NCBI GenBank assembly: GCA_013815775.1
Contig: JACDFN010000002.1
Location: forward strand, 64,717-128,716
Reading direction: 5' to 3'
DNA from: Candidatus Saccharimonadota bacterium
Lineage (GTDB): Bacteria > Patescibacteriota > Saccharimonadia > Saccharimonadales > UBA10212
Length of the DNA stretch: 64,000 bases
A program made the position numbers and the translations under genes. This document shows, one piece after another, positions 17,781-26,869 of the stretch (its first letter is position 1; each line of letters begins with the position of its first letter). The notes below the pieces were generated by a model. It did no database searches and was not told the DNA's origin. It saw nothing but the letters and a program-made list of their open reading frames with translations.

Positions 17781-18995
17781 TTAACGCGATAAGATGGCGA
17801 ATATTCGCGACCATAACGTGGGTGCGTTGCTCGGTATAACTTTAGCGCTGGTTGCCAGTGTGCTTTCTTCCGAGCGGGCTAAGTTTGTACTGGGATCGGG
17901 GCTTATCTGTTGACCTATAACAACCAAACGGTTTGTGCTTGTGCCTGGCGGATCACAGGTTATTAGCGTTACGGTGGATGGTTTGGCCTGCTCACCTAAC
18001 ACTGATAGTTCGGTGGGTTTAACTACCCGCTTTTCATATACTTCGTAAGTATAGCGTTTGCCATCTTTCTCCAAGTAAAATATATCTTTATTTTCCAATC
18101 GACTAAGTAGTACGAAAGCAAATTTATATTTACCGCCATTAAATATATTGTTGCTAGAGTGCCCCACAATTACAGCGTTACCCTGTTCACCCGGCTTGGC
18201 GGTGTTTGCATAGTGAACAACACCCCTTTCCAGAGCCTGCTGAACTTTACTCTCTTCAACCGTACTTACACCGTAAACAACTGGTATCTCGACGTTTATT
18301 TTTGGGATAATTATCTCAGGGTCGATGCCCGAAGCTGTGTTACTGCTGATAATCGGCGTGCCTGTGACAGATCGGCTTGGTTGAATAAAAGGAGCAACAA
18401 AACGTTCATTAAAGAAACCAAAAAGGAAAAACATAACAACAATCGAACCTACACCTATTCCAAACAACAAGGACTGGGCGTGCTGAAGAGGCTTTAGTTT
18501 ACGTTGCTGAGAAGGTAAATTCTTAGTAATTGAATTTCTTAAATCTCCTAGGCTACGAACATTAATTTGCTGTTGGTCGGTGATAGGAGAGGGATTTGCC
18601 GATATACCAACAGCCGCCGCGCCTCCATAGCTAGAAGTTTGAGCATGCGAACTGTAGAACTCTTGCCAAACCTGATGTTTTTGTTGATCCGGAAGCCCGG
18701 TATAGTATTCGTGCCAGGCTGCTTGGATTTCTGGAAGTGATTTGCCGGACCCGGTCAAATCATAAATAAATTGTTGATGTCGGGAATGGGGTATTATGCT
18801 CCCCAGCTCTTGCAAATCAAGTGCTTCTTCGGCCACATCGGGCTCATCTTTGTAAGCTGCACTTACCTTTTGGCGAATTAAATCGGCAGCAAGATTAGCT
18901 TGCTGCTCGGGTGGGTCCGGGGTATGTGCTGGTTCGTCCGGCAGGGGCAAAGACTGGTTGCTGCCACTTGAATTGTGAGAACTACTGGTATCCAT
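17781..18995 (-). CDS. sortase family transpeptidase
   Basis: 404 aa. Long N-terminal region, TM, then a sortase core with catalytic His (AVIVGHSS), TLITCDP (TLxTC Cys) and Arg (STNRLVV). Confidence 0.85.
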   Translation of the reverse strand: MDTSSSHNSSGSNQSLPLPDEPAHTPDPPEQQANLAADLIRQKVSAAYKDEPDVAEEALDLQELGSIIPHSRHQQFIYDLTGSGKSLPEIQAAWHEYYTGLPDQQKHQVWQEFYSSHAQTSSYGGAAAVGISANPSPITDQQQINVRSLGDLRNSITKNLPSQQRKLKPLQHAQSLLFGIGVGSIVVMFFLFGFFNERFVAPFIQPSRSVTGTPIISSNTASGIDPEIIIPKINVEIPVVYGVSTVEESKVQQALERGVVHYANTAKPGEQGNAVIVGHSSNNIFNGGKYKFAFVLLSRLENKDIFYLEKDGKRYTYEVYEKRVVKPTELSVLGEQAKPSTVTLITCDPPGTSTNRLVVIGQQISPDPSTNLARSEESTLATSAKVIPSNAPTLWSRIFAILSR

Positions 18996-19064
18996 AATGG
19001 TTAAATACTACTGGTTTATTGTACAATAACAGCGTTCATCGTGCTGTGAGCAAATAGTCGCAAT

Positions 19065-19149
19065 GGGCAAGTGGCGGAACTGGTATACGCGCACGACTCA
19101 AAATCGTGTTCCTCCGGGAGTGAGGGTTCGATTCCCTCCTTGCCCACCA
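19065..19149 (+). tRNA. tRNA-Leu (anticodon CAA), type II with long variable arm, CCA encoded
   Basis: GGGCAAGTGGCGGAACTGGTATACGCGCACGACTCAAAATCGTGTTCCTCCGGGAGTGAGGGTTCGATTCCCTCCTTGCCCACCA. Anticodon stem CACGA/TCGTG, loop CT-CAA-AA. Confidence 0.9.
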
Positions 19150-19156
19150 TACTTAG

Positions 19157-19957
19157 TCAATTTTTCATCCTATATTCATATAAGGCTGTAGTTAGCGCTT
19201 CAAAAAGCTTTTTGGGCTGCTGGAGCCACCAAACGCTCACGTAAGCGGCTAACTCTATCTGCCAGTCGCTCTCTGTAGCTTGAGGAGTAGTGCTTACCTT
19301 GCCCCCGCAAGCAACGATTAGATTATCGGCATGTTTAGTGCCGATAATAATTGGCGAGCTACTAGACCAGTCGGCTAAAGTTGTAACTAGCTCCATTAAA
19401 TTCATATTGTGCAAAATTGGGGTACTGGGGCGGTTATTTTTAGCTAATTTTTGAAGCTTACCTAGATTGATGACTAAGGCGCTGTTATCTCTCCGTAATA
19501 AAGTGCTATTTGGGTTTAAGAAGTAATCTATGCTATCTTGGGCGGCACTAAGCTGTCCATCATATTTTTTTGCCAGTGATTCAAGCAAAATTGCCGTTTC
19601 TGAATTACGGCCAAAATCACCTGCCAGCAGTACGCCGTCAGACCGCTCCGCAGCTTCTAAGATTTGAGCCAGAGAACTTCTGGCGAAGCTGCCGCTAGGG
19701 GTGCTGGGGGCAAATTCTGCTTCCACAAACGATTTCCCTAGGACCTTGCGCGTGCTGTCCGGTAAGATTACCCGTGCTACTCCAATTCCAGCTGCTAACG
19801 CAGCACCAAAGGCCAATGCAGGCGCCCTAAACCCACCAGAGTTCCCTCCCACAATCAACAACTTTCCTTGCGAGCGCTTGTTCTCAGGTCGCTCCCACAA
19901 CATATTTGGAAACAAGGGCTTATCTGGTATTTGCTTTTGCCAAGTTGTATTTTCCAT
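19157..19957 (-). CDS. YjeF C-terminal / carbohydrate-kinase-like protein (NAD(P)HX dehydratase-like)
   Basis: 266 aa. LLIVGGNSGGFRAPALAFGAALAAGIGVARVILP, which is typical of the YjeF_C family. Confidence 0.65.
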   Translation of the reverse strand: MENTTWQKQIPDKPLFPNMLWERPENKRSQGKLLIVGGNSGGFRAPALAFGAALAAGIGVARVILPDSTRKVLGKSFVEAEFAPSTPSGSFARSSLAQILEAAERSDGVLLAGDFGRNSETAILLESLAKKYDGQLSAAQDSIDYFLNPNSTLLRRDNSALVINLGKLQKLAKNNRPSTPILHNMNLMELVTTLADWSSSSPIIIGTKHADNLIVACGGKVSTTPQATESDWQIELAAYVSVWWLQQPKKLFEALTTALYEYRMKN

Positions 19958-20645
19958 TATGGTTCTCCAGTTCGTATATCACATTTTTTCGTTCGATAAC
20001 AACCATCCAGCCTTTAACTTTAGCGTGCTCAAACAGTTCTTTCTCTGGGTTAAAAGCAATTGGGTTATCTACTATCTGCAGCATCTTAATATCCGAATAA
20101 CTGTCGCCCACCCCGTAACTGCCATCAACCACAGCTCCGTGCCTCTTTACAAGCTTCCTAAGAGCCGCATCTTTATTAAAAATGGGCGTGGTGGATTTAC
20201 CTGTAAATCTTCCGTTTTTATGTTCATCTACTCGACCCACGAAATCATCGAAGCCATAGTGTATTGCCAGTTTCTTCACAATTTCTTCCTGTGATCCCGA
20301 TATCGCAAACATAAGGTAGCCTTCTGCTTTAAGATTATCTATCAAATCCCGAGTATAGGTATAAACTTGGTCTTTGTATTCATCGAACACCAAATCCGCC
20401 GCTTCTTTGAATTGGGTAACTGCTAGGCTTAAGAGTATGTTGGTGTAAAGTCCCACCAGCTGTAATTCATAATTACGGAAGGATGCTCCATGTTCGCGGC
20501 GTTTCCAAGTCATTCTAGCTTTATGGACATCTTCAAACACGTGCGGTTTTATGTAACCCAAGTGGACCAGTCTATCCGCTACTGCGTGATAAAGCTGCCA
20601 TCTTACTAATGTCCCATCAATATCAAAAACTGCAAACTTCCTCAT
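19920..20645 (-). CDS. HAD-superfamily (IB-like) phosphatase
   Basis: 241 aa. Motif I FDIDGTL, motif III/IV ...VGDSYSD. TACAAT (20655-20660) sits 9 nt upstream of the ATG. Confidence 0.8.
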   Translation of the reverse strand: MRKFAVFDIDGTLVRWQLYHAVADRLVHLGYIKPHVFEDVHKARMTWKRREHGASFRNYELQLVGLYTNILLSLAVTQFKEAADLVFDEYKDQVYTYTRDLIDNLKAEGYLMFAISGSQEEIVKKLAIHYGFDDFVGRVDEHKNGRFTGKSTTPIFNKDAALRKLVKRHGAVVDGSYGVGDSYSDIKMLQIVDNPIAFNPEKELFEHAKVKGWMVVIERKNVIYELENHNGKYNLAKANTR

Positions 20646-20669
20646 CTGAGCTTAATTGTACTACCTAAA

Positions 20670-21467
20670 TTACAAATCCAGGGTGATGCTTACCGGACAA
20701 TGGTCTGAACCCATTACGTCGGCATGTATTTGAGCGTCTTTAACCTTATTTTTAAGGGATTTAGAGGCAAGAAAATAGTCTATCCGCCAGCCAACATTGC
20801 GTTCTCTGGCTTTTGCCCAATGTGTCCACCAGCTGTAGTGCCCGTTACCCTTGTGGAATAGGCGAAATGTGTCTATAAAGCCAGCATCGATAAAGTTTTG
20901 AAAGCCTTCACGCTCCTCACTAGTGAAGCCCTTTTTACCTTCGTTTTCCTTTGGTCTGGCTAAGTCCTCTGGAGTGTGAGCTACATTTAAATCACCACTA
21001 AAGATTACTGGTTTATTTTTTTCTAACTCTTTCACATAAGCAAGAAATGCCGGGTCCCAGTGCTTGTGTCTAAGAGGTATGCGACTTAAATCACCTTTCG
21101 AATTAGGCGTATAGACTGTTACCAGCCAGAATCTTTCAAATTCGGCGGCAATAACTCGACCTTCTTTGGCTGAATCGCGAGTCTGTTCGTCAACAAATTT
21201 ATATTTTTTAGCAAAACTCTCCGGGAAGCCGTTAATAACTTTAAGTGGTTTTATCTTGGTAAAAATAGCAGTCCCTGAGTAGCCTTTTTTTTCGGCCGAG
21301 TGCCAATACTCCTCGTAACCCGAAAAATTTATCCCCGCTTCTCCCTGCTGAGCCTTGGTTTCCTGCAGAGTTAAAATATCCGGTTGGTGTTTAGCCATGA
21401 ACTCTTGCAAAGCGCCTTTTTTTACCACCGCCCTAATACCGTTTACATTCCAGGAATAAATTTTCAT
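20670..21467 (-). CDS. xth: exodeoxyribonuclease III (AP endonuclease)
   Basis: 265 aa. YSWNVNGIR, LQETK, ...DYFL..., MGSDHCPV. Confidence 0.9.
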   Translation of the reverse strand: MKIYSWNVNGIRAVVKKGALQEFMAKHQPDILTLQETKAQQGEAGINFSGYEEYWHSAEKKGYSGTAIFTKIKPLKVINGFPESFAKKYKFVDEQTRDSAKEGRVIAAEFERFWLVTVYTPNSKGDLSRIPLRHKHWDPAFLAYVKELEKNKPVIFSGDLNVAHTPEDLARPKENEGKKGFTSEEREGFQNFIDAGFIDTFRLFHKGNGHYSWWTHWAKARERNVGWRIDYFLASKSLKNKVKDAQIHADVMGSDHCPVSITLDL

Positions 21468-21488
21468 TTTTTTATTGTAGCTTAAAAT

Positions 21489-21950
21489 CTAGACCCTTGC
21501 CCTACGGGCAATGTCGCGTTCTTGTTGGCGGCGCTTTAGTGTCTCACGCTTATCGTATCGTTTTTTTCCTTTCCCAACCGCTATACGGAGCTTGATATAA
21601 CGTCCTGCCGTCAACAGCTCGAGTGGAACAATAGAATTTCCTTCTTGCCTGGACTCTATCAGTTTGCCTATCTCCTTACTATGAGCCAAAAGTTTACGGC
21701 TCCTCAGTTGTTCACTCTCCGTGATAGGTACTCCCTGACTGCTGTTAATTCTTGCCCCCACTAACCACAGCTCACTATTTTTGACCATTACGTATGCTCC
21801 GCGCAGTTGGCCGTGTCCAAAACGGAGAGCCTTAGTTTCGGCTCCTGTAAGTTGAATACCAACAAGCAAACTATCACCTAGTTCATAGTCAAAACGGGCT
21901 CTTCGATTTGATATTTTACCCTGATCAGATTTTTTTCCTGATTTGCTCAT
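21489..21950 (-). CDS. smpB: SsrA-binding protein
   Basis: 153 aa. SmpB beta-barrel signature (NRRARFDY..., LTGAETKALR, NSELWLVGARI) and a basic C-terminal tail. Confidence 0.95.
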   Translation of the reverse strand: MSKSGKKSDQGKISNRRARFDYELGDSLLVGIQLTGAETKALRFGHGQLRGAYVMVKNSELWLVGARINSSQGVPITESEQLRSRKLLAHSKEIGKLIESRQEGNSIVPLELLTAGRYIKLRIAVGKGKKRYDKRETLKRRQQERDIARRARV

Positions 21951-21987
21951 AACTTAGATTAATTGTACTTGCCTGGCCAACAGTTTT

Positions 21988-23130
21988 CTATTTTTGTAGC
22001 GCCTGGTTACTTAGCTTTGCTTTATTAACCTCTTGAGCAACTACATCCCAGACAGACGAATCGCCCTTCTTTTGCTTTAGCCAGTACCACCACTCAGCTC
22101 CCCACAGGTCCAAGGTTCGCATACCCGTTGCTTTTCCATACTCAATTCTGGTTTTCATCCTTTCCGAGTTCATTGATTTAAACTGCTCTTCAACGGGTGT
22201 ATTGGTTATGTATAGGTCACGAGGGGTCCAGGGCTCCGCTTGTAACTCATGTAGGAACATACTTTTACCAGTAACAATCTCTCCACCACCGGCCAGCATG
22301 GCATAAAACCAGGCCGGCAAGGGGTATTCAAAGTACCTCTTAGTTATGTTTTTATCCCAAACTCTTTTATAAACCGATATTCCAAAAACATCAGGCGTTG
22401 GCTTGCCCACCGGAAGTCCAATCCAGTTGTTGCTGCGACTAATAGCCACTGGGTGGTTTGAGTCAAGGCGTTTTACCATTTTGAATTCTTCAACAAGGCG
22501 GTTACGATCAAAATCTCGGCACTCGCCAAAAACAGTCATAAAAAACTCATTCTCAAGCTGGTATTCGGCTAGTGCTGGGTGAGATTTATACCGATTAACC
22601 ACCGCACCCATATAGTCATAAAGTCTTGGCTGCCATTCTTTCTTTTCCATGGCAAGCGCCCATTTAGGCTCATGACACTCCGGCCACCTCGGTTGCCGTA
22701 GGCCCACGGCCAGAGAAACTTTTGCACCGTAGGTGCTGGCCATGGCAAACTGCCAGTCCAATTCGGTAAAATCATACGTCCCTTGGCTAGCTTCTATTTC
22801 TTTCCAGTAGCTCACTAGTCTGATTCTTTTGATTTCTAAATCGCCCAAAATAGCGGCCATCGTCTGCTTAGGGTCTAAACCAAAGCTCTCGGCATAATTA
22901 GATATAAAAGTAGTACCAAATACTAAGGGCTCACTTTTGTGTTTGTTGATATACCACTGGCCGATGCCATAACCCGTCCCTGTAAATAAAATTGAGATTG
23001 CAAAAAAAACTATTAAAATCCTATGCCAAAGCGACCTTTTCCATAGAAAATTCCAGACAACCAACCGGTTGGTTTTAGGTTGCTTTTTATTGTTTTTGAA
23101 CCTACTGGGGCGGTTCGGTTTTTTACCCAT
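21988..23130 (-). CDS. putative glycoside hydrolase (TIM-barrel, GH5/GH42-like), N-terminal membrane anchor
   Basis: 380 aa. TM after a basic N-terminus. Candidate acid/base YQLENEFF. Aromatic-rich barrel strands. The family assignment is tentative. Confidence 0.5.
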   Translation of the reverse strand: MGKKPNRPSRFKNNKKQPKTNRLVVWNFLWKRSLWHRILIVFFAISILFTGTGYGIGQWYINKHKSEPLVFGTTFISNYAESFGLDPKQTMAAILGDLEIKRIRLVSYWKEIEASQGTYDFTELDWQFAMASTYGAKVSLAVGLRQPRWPECHEPKWALAMEKKEWQPRLYDYMGAVVNRYKSHPALAEYQLENEFFMTVFGECRDFDRNRLVEEFKMVKRLDSNHPVAISRSNNWIGLPVGKPTPDVFGISVYKRVWDKNITKRYFEYPLPAWFYAMLAGGGEIVTGKSMFLHELQAEPWTPRDLYITNTPVEEQFKSMNSERMKTRIEYGKATGMRTLDLWGAEWWYWLKQKKGDSSVWDVVAQEVNKAKLSNQALQK

Positions 23131-23158
23131 ATGTTGCTATTCTAAATAAACCCACATT

Positions 23159-23971
23159 ATGCCTAGTAAATCGCTAAAGCTTAGTATAGTTATACCAGTC
23201 TATAATGAACAAAGCCACCTTAAAGCCTGTCTGGACAGAGTCGCTAGACAGACCGAAAAACCCTTCGAAGTAATTATTGTAGATAATAGCTCTACAGACG
23301 ATACTGTGCGCATTGCTAAAGGCTACTCTTTTGTGAGCGTAATAAAAGAAGTCCGTCAGTCTCAAGTCTTTGCTCAAAAGACCGGCTTCGATGCTGCCAG
23401 GGGTGACATCATTGGCCGCATAGATGCCGACACTCACTTGCCACCAGACTGGACTAGTAAACTCTTAGAATATTTTTCGAAAAACCCGGATGTTGTAGGA
23501 ATCAAAGGAGAAGCAATGCCCTACGATATATACATGAAGCGTACCGGAAAGTTCATTGAACTTTTTTATCACACTCTAGCTGATTTAATTTCCGGCAAAA
23601 AAATGCTCTGGGGGGCCAATTGCGCTCTGAGGAAATCAGCATGGCTGAAAATCTCAGACAAAGTTCTGCAACGTCCTGATATTTGGGAAGATTACGATAT
23701 ATCATTCCCCCTTGCAGCTCAAGGCAAGGTACGGTCCATTTCCGGGATTGAAGTAGGTTTGTCGTTTAGAGCTGTTCAGAAGCCATTTAAGCAACAGTTT
23801 CAATACCAGTTTAGAGCGGTTCGAACCTTTGCTTTGCGCACTAATGTACTTAGGACAATCATTTTTGCTGTCGTTTGGAGCACAGAAGTCCTCATTTACC
23901 CACTAACGGTTTTAGACCAGTATATTTTAAGCCCCTTACTATTAAAAGATAGACCTACATCGCCGGATTAG
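23159..23971 (+). CDS. glycosyltransferase family 2
   Basis: 270 aa. LSIVIPVYNE, VDNSSTDDT, DxD-type RIDADT, C-terminal TM. Confidence 0.85.
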   Translation: MPSKSLKLSIVIPVYNEQSHLKACLDRVARQTEKPFEVIIVDNSSTDDTVRIAKGYSFVSVIKEVRQSQVFAQKTGFDAARGDIIGRIDADTHLPPDWTSKLLEYFSKNPDVVGIKGEAMPYDIYMKRTGKFIELFYHTLADLISGKKMLWGANCALRKSAWLKISDKVLQRPDIWEDYDISFPLAAQGKVRSISGIEVGLSFRAVQKPFKQQFQYQFRAVRTFALRTNVLRTIIFAVVWSTEVLIYPLTVLDQYILSPLLLKDRPTSPD

Positions 23972-24536
23972 TTCGCTCAAGCCCGCTTTCAGATATGGTT
24001 ACCTGGCAGACACCCCATAATCCTTTTTTACCTTCTTTGGCTTGCTGTTCATACTCATTGAATTCTCTTTTTCTCTCAAATGGAAATTGGGTATACGAGA
24101 ATCCATACCCTTCTGTTATTAATTCTTGTTCAACAAGGCGTCCATCTTGCGTAAATACATATCTCAGCAATCTATCGTAACGGTCTCGGTTGGTATTTAA
24201 CGGATCGACTTGCAGGCGAACCTTCTGGCCGGTCAAAAGCCTCCGAGTATATTCGCTTGCCTGGGCCGCGTAGCATTCGAGTGGCCTATCCGGGTGCTGA
24301 GTTTCGGGTGTATCTACACCAATGAGCCTTATTATTTCCCGGATGCCATTCATGTTCACGATAATAGTATCGCCGTCTGAAACCTCTTCGACTTCATACA
24401 ACCCGGGTTGGCTTTTTTGGGCGGTCTCTAATCCATCTTTAATAATTTTCGGCTGTAAATAAGTAACTAATGCCGCTATTAAAAAAACCAGTGCAGTAAT
24501 AAGTTGTTTTATTTCGCGTTTACTCAGGCTTTTCAT
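23955..24536 (-). CDS. thermonuclease (staphylococcal nuclease family), membrane anchored
   Basis: 193 aa. N-terminal TM. SNase motifs VSDGDTI, RLIGVDTPE, DRYDRLLRYV. Confidence 0.85.
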   Translation of the reverse strand: MKSLSKREIKQLITALVFLIAALVTYLQPKIIKDGLETAQKSQPGLYEVEEVSDGDTIIVNMNGIREIIRLIGVDTPETQHPDRPLECYAAQASEYTRRLLTGQKVRLQVDPLNTNRDRYDRLLRYVFTQDGRLVEQELITEGYGFSYTQFPFERKREFNEYEQQAKEGKKGLWGVCQVTISESGLERTNPAM

Positions 24537-24552
24537 GAAAGTTAGGACCAGG

Positions 24553-25122
24553 CTAAAAGTCTATACCTTTGTTGGCCAGAAACTTATCGTCAAAGTGGTG
24601 TTTTATTTTCATCATATTTGTAGCTATATCAGCCAGTGGCAGTAAGTCTCTTGGAAAATTTCTTCCGGTCAAGCACAGACTGGTTTTCGGGGATTTCGAT
24701 TTAATTAGTTTCTTCATGGCTGTTTCAGTAATCAAGCCATGGTAGACCGCGTTACTTATTTCGTCGCAAATTACCAGGTCGTATTCACCGCTAGTGGCTG
24801 CGTCTAGGGCCACTTTAAAAGTGTGCCGCGCGGCTTTTTTATGCTGTGCCTCTGATACATTTTCGGCCGACAGGGCTCGGGCGTCATAAAAACCCTTCCC
24901 CCCTTTATGGAATAGTAGTTTATCTTTAAAAATTGGCTCAATTTTGTTTATAAAATCGTGTTCGCTTACGTTCCAATGCTTAATGAATTGAACATAAGCT
25001 ACCTTCCAGCCGTTGCCCAAAGCTCGGGCCAATAGCCCTACGCTGGCACTGGTTTTGCCCTTGCCCTCACCCGTATAAACAACCACGACGGAATCTTTAG
25101 TCTTATAGTCTTCAAACGCCAT
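24553..25122 (-). CDS. cobA: cob(I)yrinic acid a,c-diamide / cob(I)alamin adenosyltransferase (CobA/CobO/BtuR family)
   Basis: 189 aa. P-loop VVVYTGEGKGKTSA, WKVAYVQFIK, DLVICDEI. Confidence 0.85.
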   Translation of the reverse strand: MAFEDYKTKDSVVVVYTGEGKGKTSASVGLLARALGNGWKVAYVQFIKHWNVSEHDFINKIEPIFKDKLLFHKGGKGFYDARALSAENVSEAQHKKAARHTFKVALDAATSGEYDLVICDEISNAVYHGLITETAMKKLIKSKSPKTSLCLTGRNFPRDLLPLADIATNMMKIKHHFDDKFLANKGIDF

Positions 25123-25128
25123 AGCTCT

Positions 25129-25752
25129 TTATTCTACAGGTTTTACGTATCTAGATTGTGGTAATTCTAATCCTACTTCTTTAGCTATTAAGACTCGTAG
25201 CATGGCCTCGCCTATCCAAGCCGTCGTTGGTTCGATCATAGACTGCATATTCCTAGTTTTAGTACCCCCACTGGGGTCGGTCATATAGCGTAACTCTTTT
25301 AAAACCGGTACCTTTTTGAATGTGTAATGTTTTGTGTTTTCGCGGAGCTCTTCCATCTGGGTCTGGGTGTAGTCGAAGCAGATGTCTCTGGCTAGGACCA
25401 CTGCTTCATAAATGTGCCGAGCCAGCTCCTGATCGGAATTGAAATTTGTTATAACTTCACTATCCGCGTCTCTATTAAAAAGCGTAGTTTCTGTATCATC
25501 ATTAAAATGTTCTAGGGACTTGGCCACTTCAGAGGAGTTTTTAACAACTCCTGCTAACTCCATGCAGTGCATAACAACCTCTACAGAATTTTGGGACAAA
25601 GACGGATTTTCTAAATTCATAATTGTAATGTAAGAAGAGTTTGGAGGTGTATATTCTCCACCAAGAATTGACCACATAGGGCCTTTATGAGTTTCTGAGG
25701 TATCATATAGGCATTCAATTTCGGTTGATTTCTGACCGTTCAAATATTCCAT
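25129..25752 (-). CDS. hypothetical protein
   Basis: 207-aa ORF, 6 nt upstream of cobA on the same strand. No motif recognised. Confidence 0.55.
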   Translation of the reverse strand: MEYLNGQKSTEIECLYDTSETHKGPMWSILGGEYTPPNSSYITIMNLENPSLSQNSVEVVMHCMELAGVVKNSSEVAKSLEHFNDDTETTLFNRDADSEVITNFNSDQELARHIYEAVVLARDICFDYTQTQMEELRENTKHYTFKKVPVLKELRYMTDPSGGTKTRNMQSMIEPTTAWIGEAMLRVLIAKEVGLELPQSRYVKPVE

Positions 25753-25834
25753 AATGCTGCATTGTAATTATAACATTACAGCGACGGTAACACTATATGT
25801 GGCGCTTAGACAACCATAAACACACTAGATATGC

Positions 25835-26101
25835 TTAAATTAATTTTTTATCACGGAGAGCAAGATCTATACGCTGCCGGTCAAAACCTAAAATAGTCTC
25901 ATTGCCGATTTCAATTACCGGCACACCCATTTGATTAGTTCTGTCTACTAAGGCCTGTGCAGCGGCTTGGTCTTCATCAACGTTTATTTCCTTAAAAGCA
26001 ACATTCTTGTTATTCAAATATTCTTTAACCATCTTGCAAAAAACACACCAAGGCGCGCTATATACGGTAACAACGGACGGTTTGCTCATAGGGGCTTCCA
26101 T
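25835..26101 (-). CDS. glutaredoxin-like (NrdH/Grx) redoxin
   Basis: CxxC motif PWCVFCK, cis-Pro region GVPVIEI. The track start at 26146 adds a hydrophobic 15 aa, so Met at 26101 or 26089 is more plausible. Confidence 0.75.
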   Translation of the reverse strand: MEAPMSKPSVVTVYSAPWCVFCKMVKEYLNNKNVAFKEINVDEDQAAAQALVDRTNQMGVPVIEIGNETILGFDRQRIDLALRDKKLI

Positions 26102-26230
26102 ATCGACCCTTAGTATATCAAAATACTGGAGCAGGCTTATATACATTGGAGGCTAGGTTTGCTTTTTTGGCGCCTCGTACTATAGTTAGCTTAAATGTAA
26201 AATAACTTTTTTAGAAAGGTGCAGTAAAAA

Positions 26231-26869
26231 ATGTTTACAAGATTTAGATTAGCCAGCACGCTTGCGGAATTCTTAGGTACAGCAGCCTTGGTATTGATAG
26301 CCCTTGTTCTATCAGAGATTACCCCCGTGTCTTATTTTGTCGCCACCAGCTTGGCCATAACGCTAGCAGCCATTGTATTTATTTTTGGACCCATTTCAGG
26401 CGCTCACTTTAATCCGGCTATAACTTTTGGTATGTGGACTGCACGCAGAATTGGCACCCTTAGAGCCACTGCTTACGTGGCCGCCCAAATGCTCGGCGGC
26501 CTGGGGGCTTGGCAGCTCTACCAATACCTCAACGATAAAGCTGTTCCAGCCCAAAGCGTTACCTTCAATACTACTATATGGCTAGCCGAAGCCGTCGGTG
26601 CCTTTGTGTTAGCTCTTGGTATAACTGCCGCTATCTCGCGCGCTGTTGATAGCCTGCAATGGGCAGTTACAGCCGGTGCCACTTATTTTGTTGGCATTAT
26701 GATAGCCTCAACAGCTTCCGCCGGCTACCTGAATCCAGCCGTTGCCGTAGGACTTCGTAGCTGGAATGCAGCTTACGTGCTCGGACCTCTTGTGGGCGCC
26801 TTGGTGGCCGTCAATCTCTACCACCTGCTATTCTCTCCTTCCGCTGTCCCGGTTAAGCGCAAACGCTAA
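26231..26869 (+). CDS. MIP-family channel (aquaporin/glycerol facilitator-like)
   Basis: 212 aa. Six TM segments and two NPA boxes (SGAHFNPAITF; GYLNPAVAV). Confidence 0.9.
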   Translation: MFTRFRLASTLAEFLGTAALVLIALVLSEITPVSYFVATSLAITLAAIVFIFGPISGAHFNPAITFGMWTARRIGTLRATAYVAAQMLGGLGAWQLYQYLNDKAVPAQSVTFNTTIWLAEAVGAFVLALGITAAISRAVDSLQWAVTAGATYFVGIMIASTASAGYLNPAVAVGLRSWNAAYVLGPLVGALVAVNLYHLLFSPSAVPVKRKR

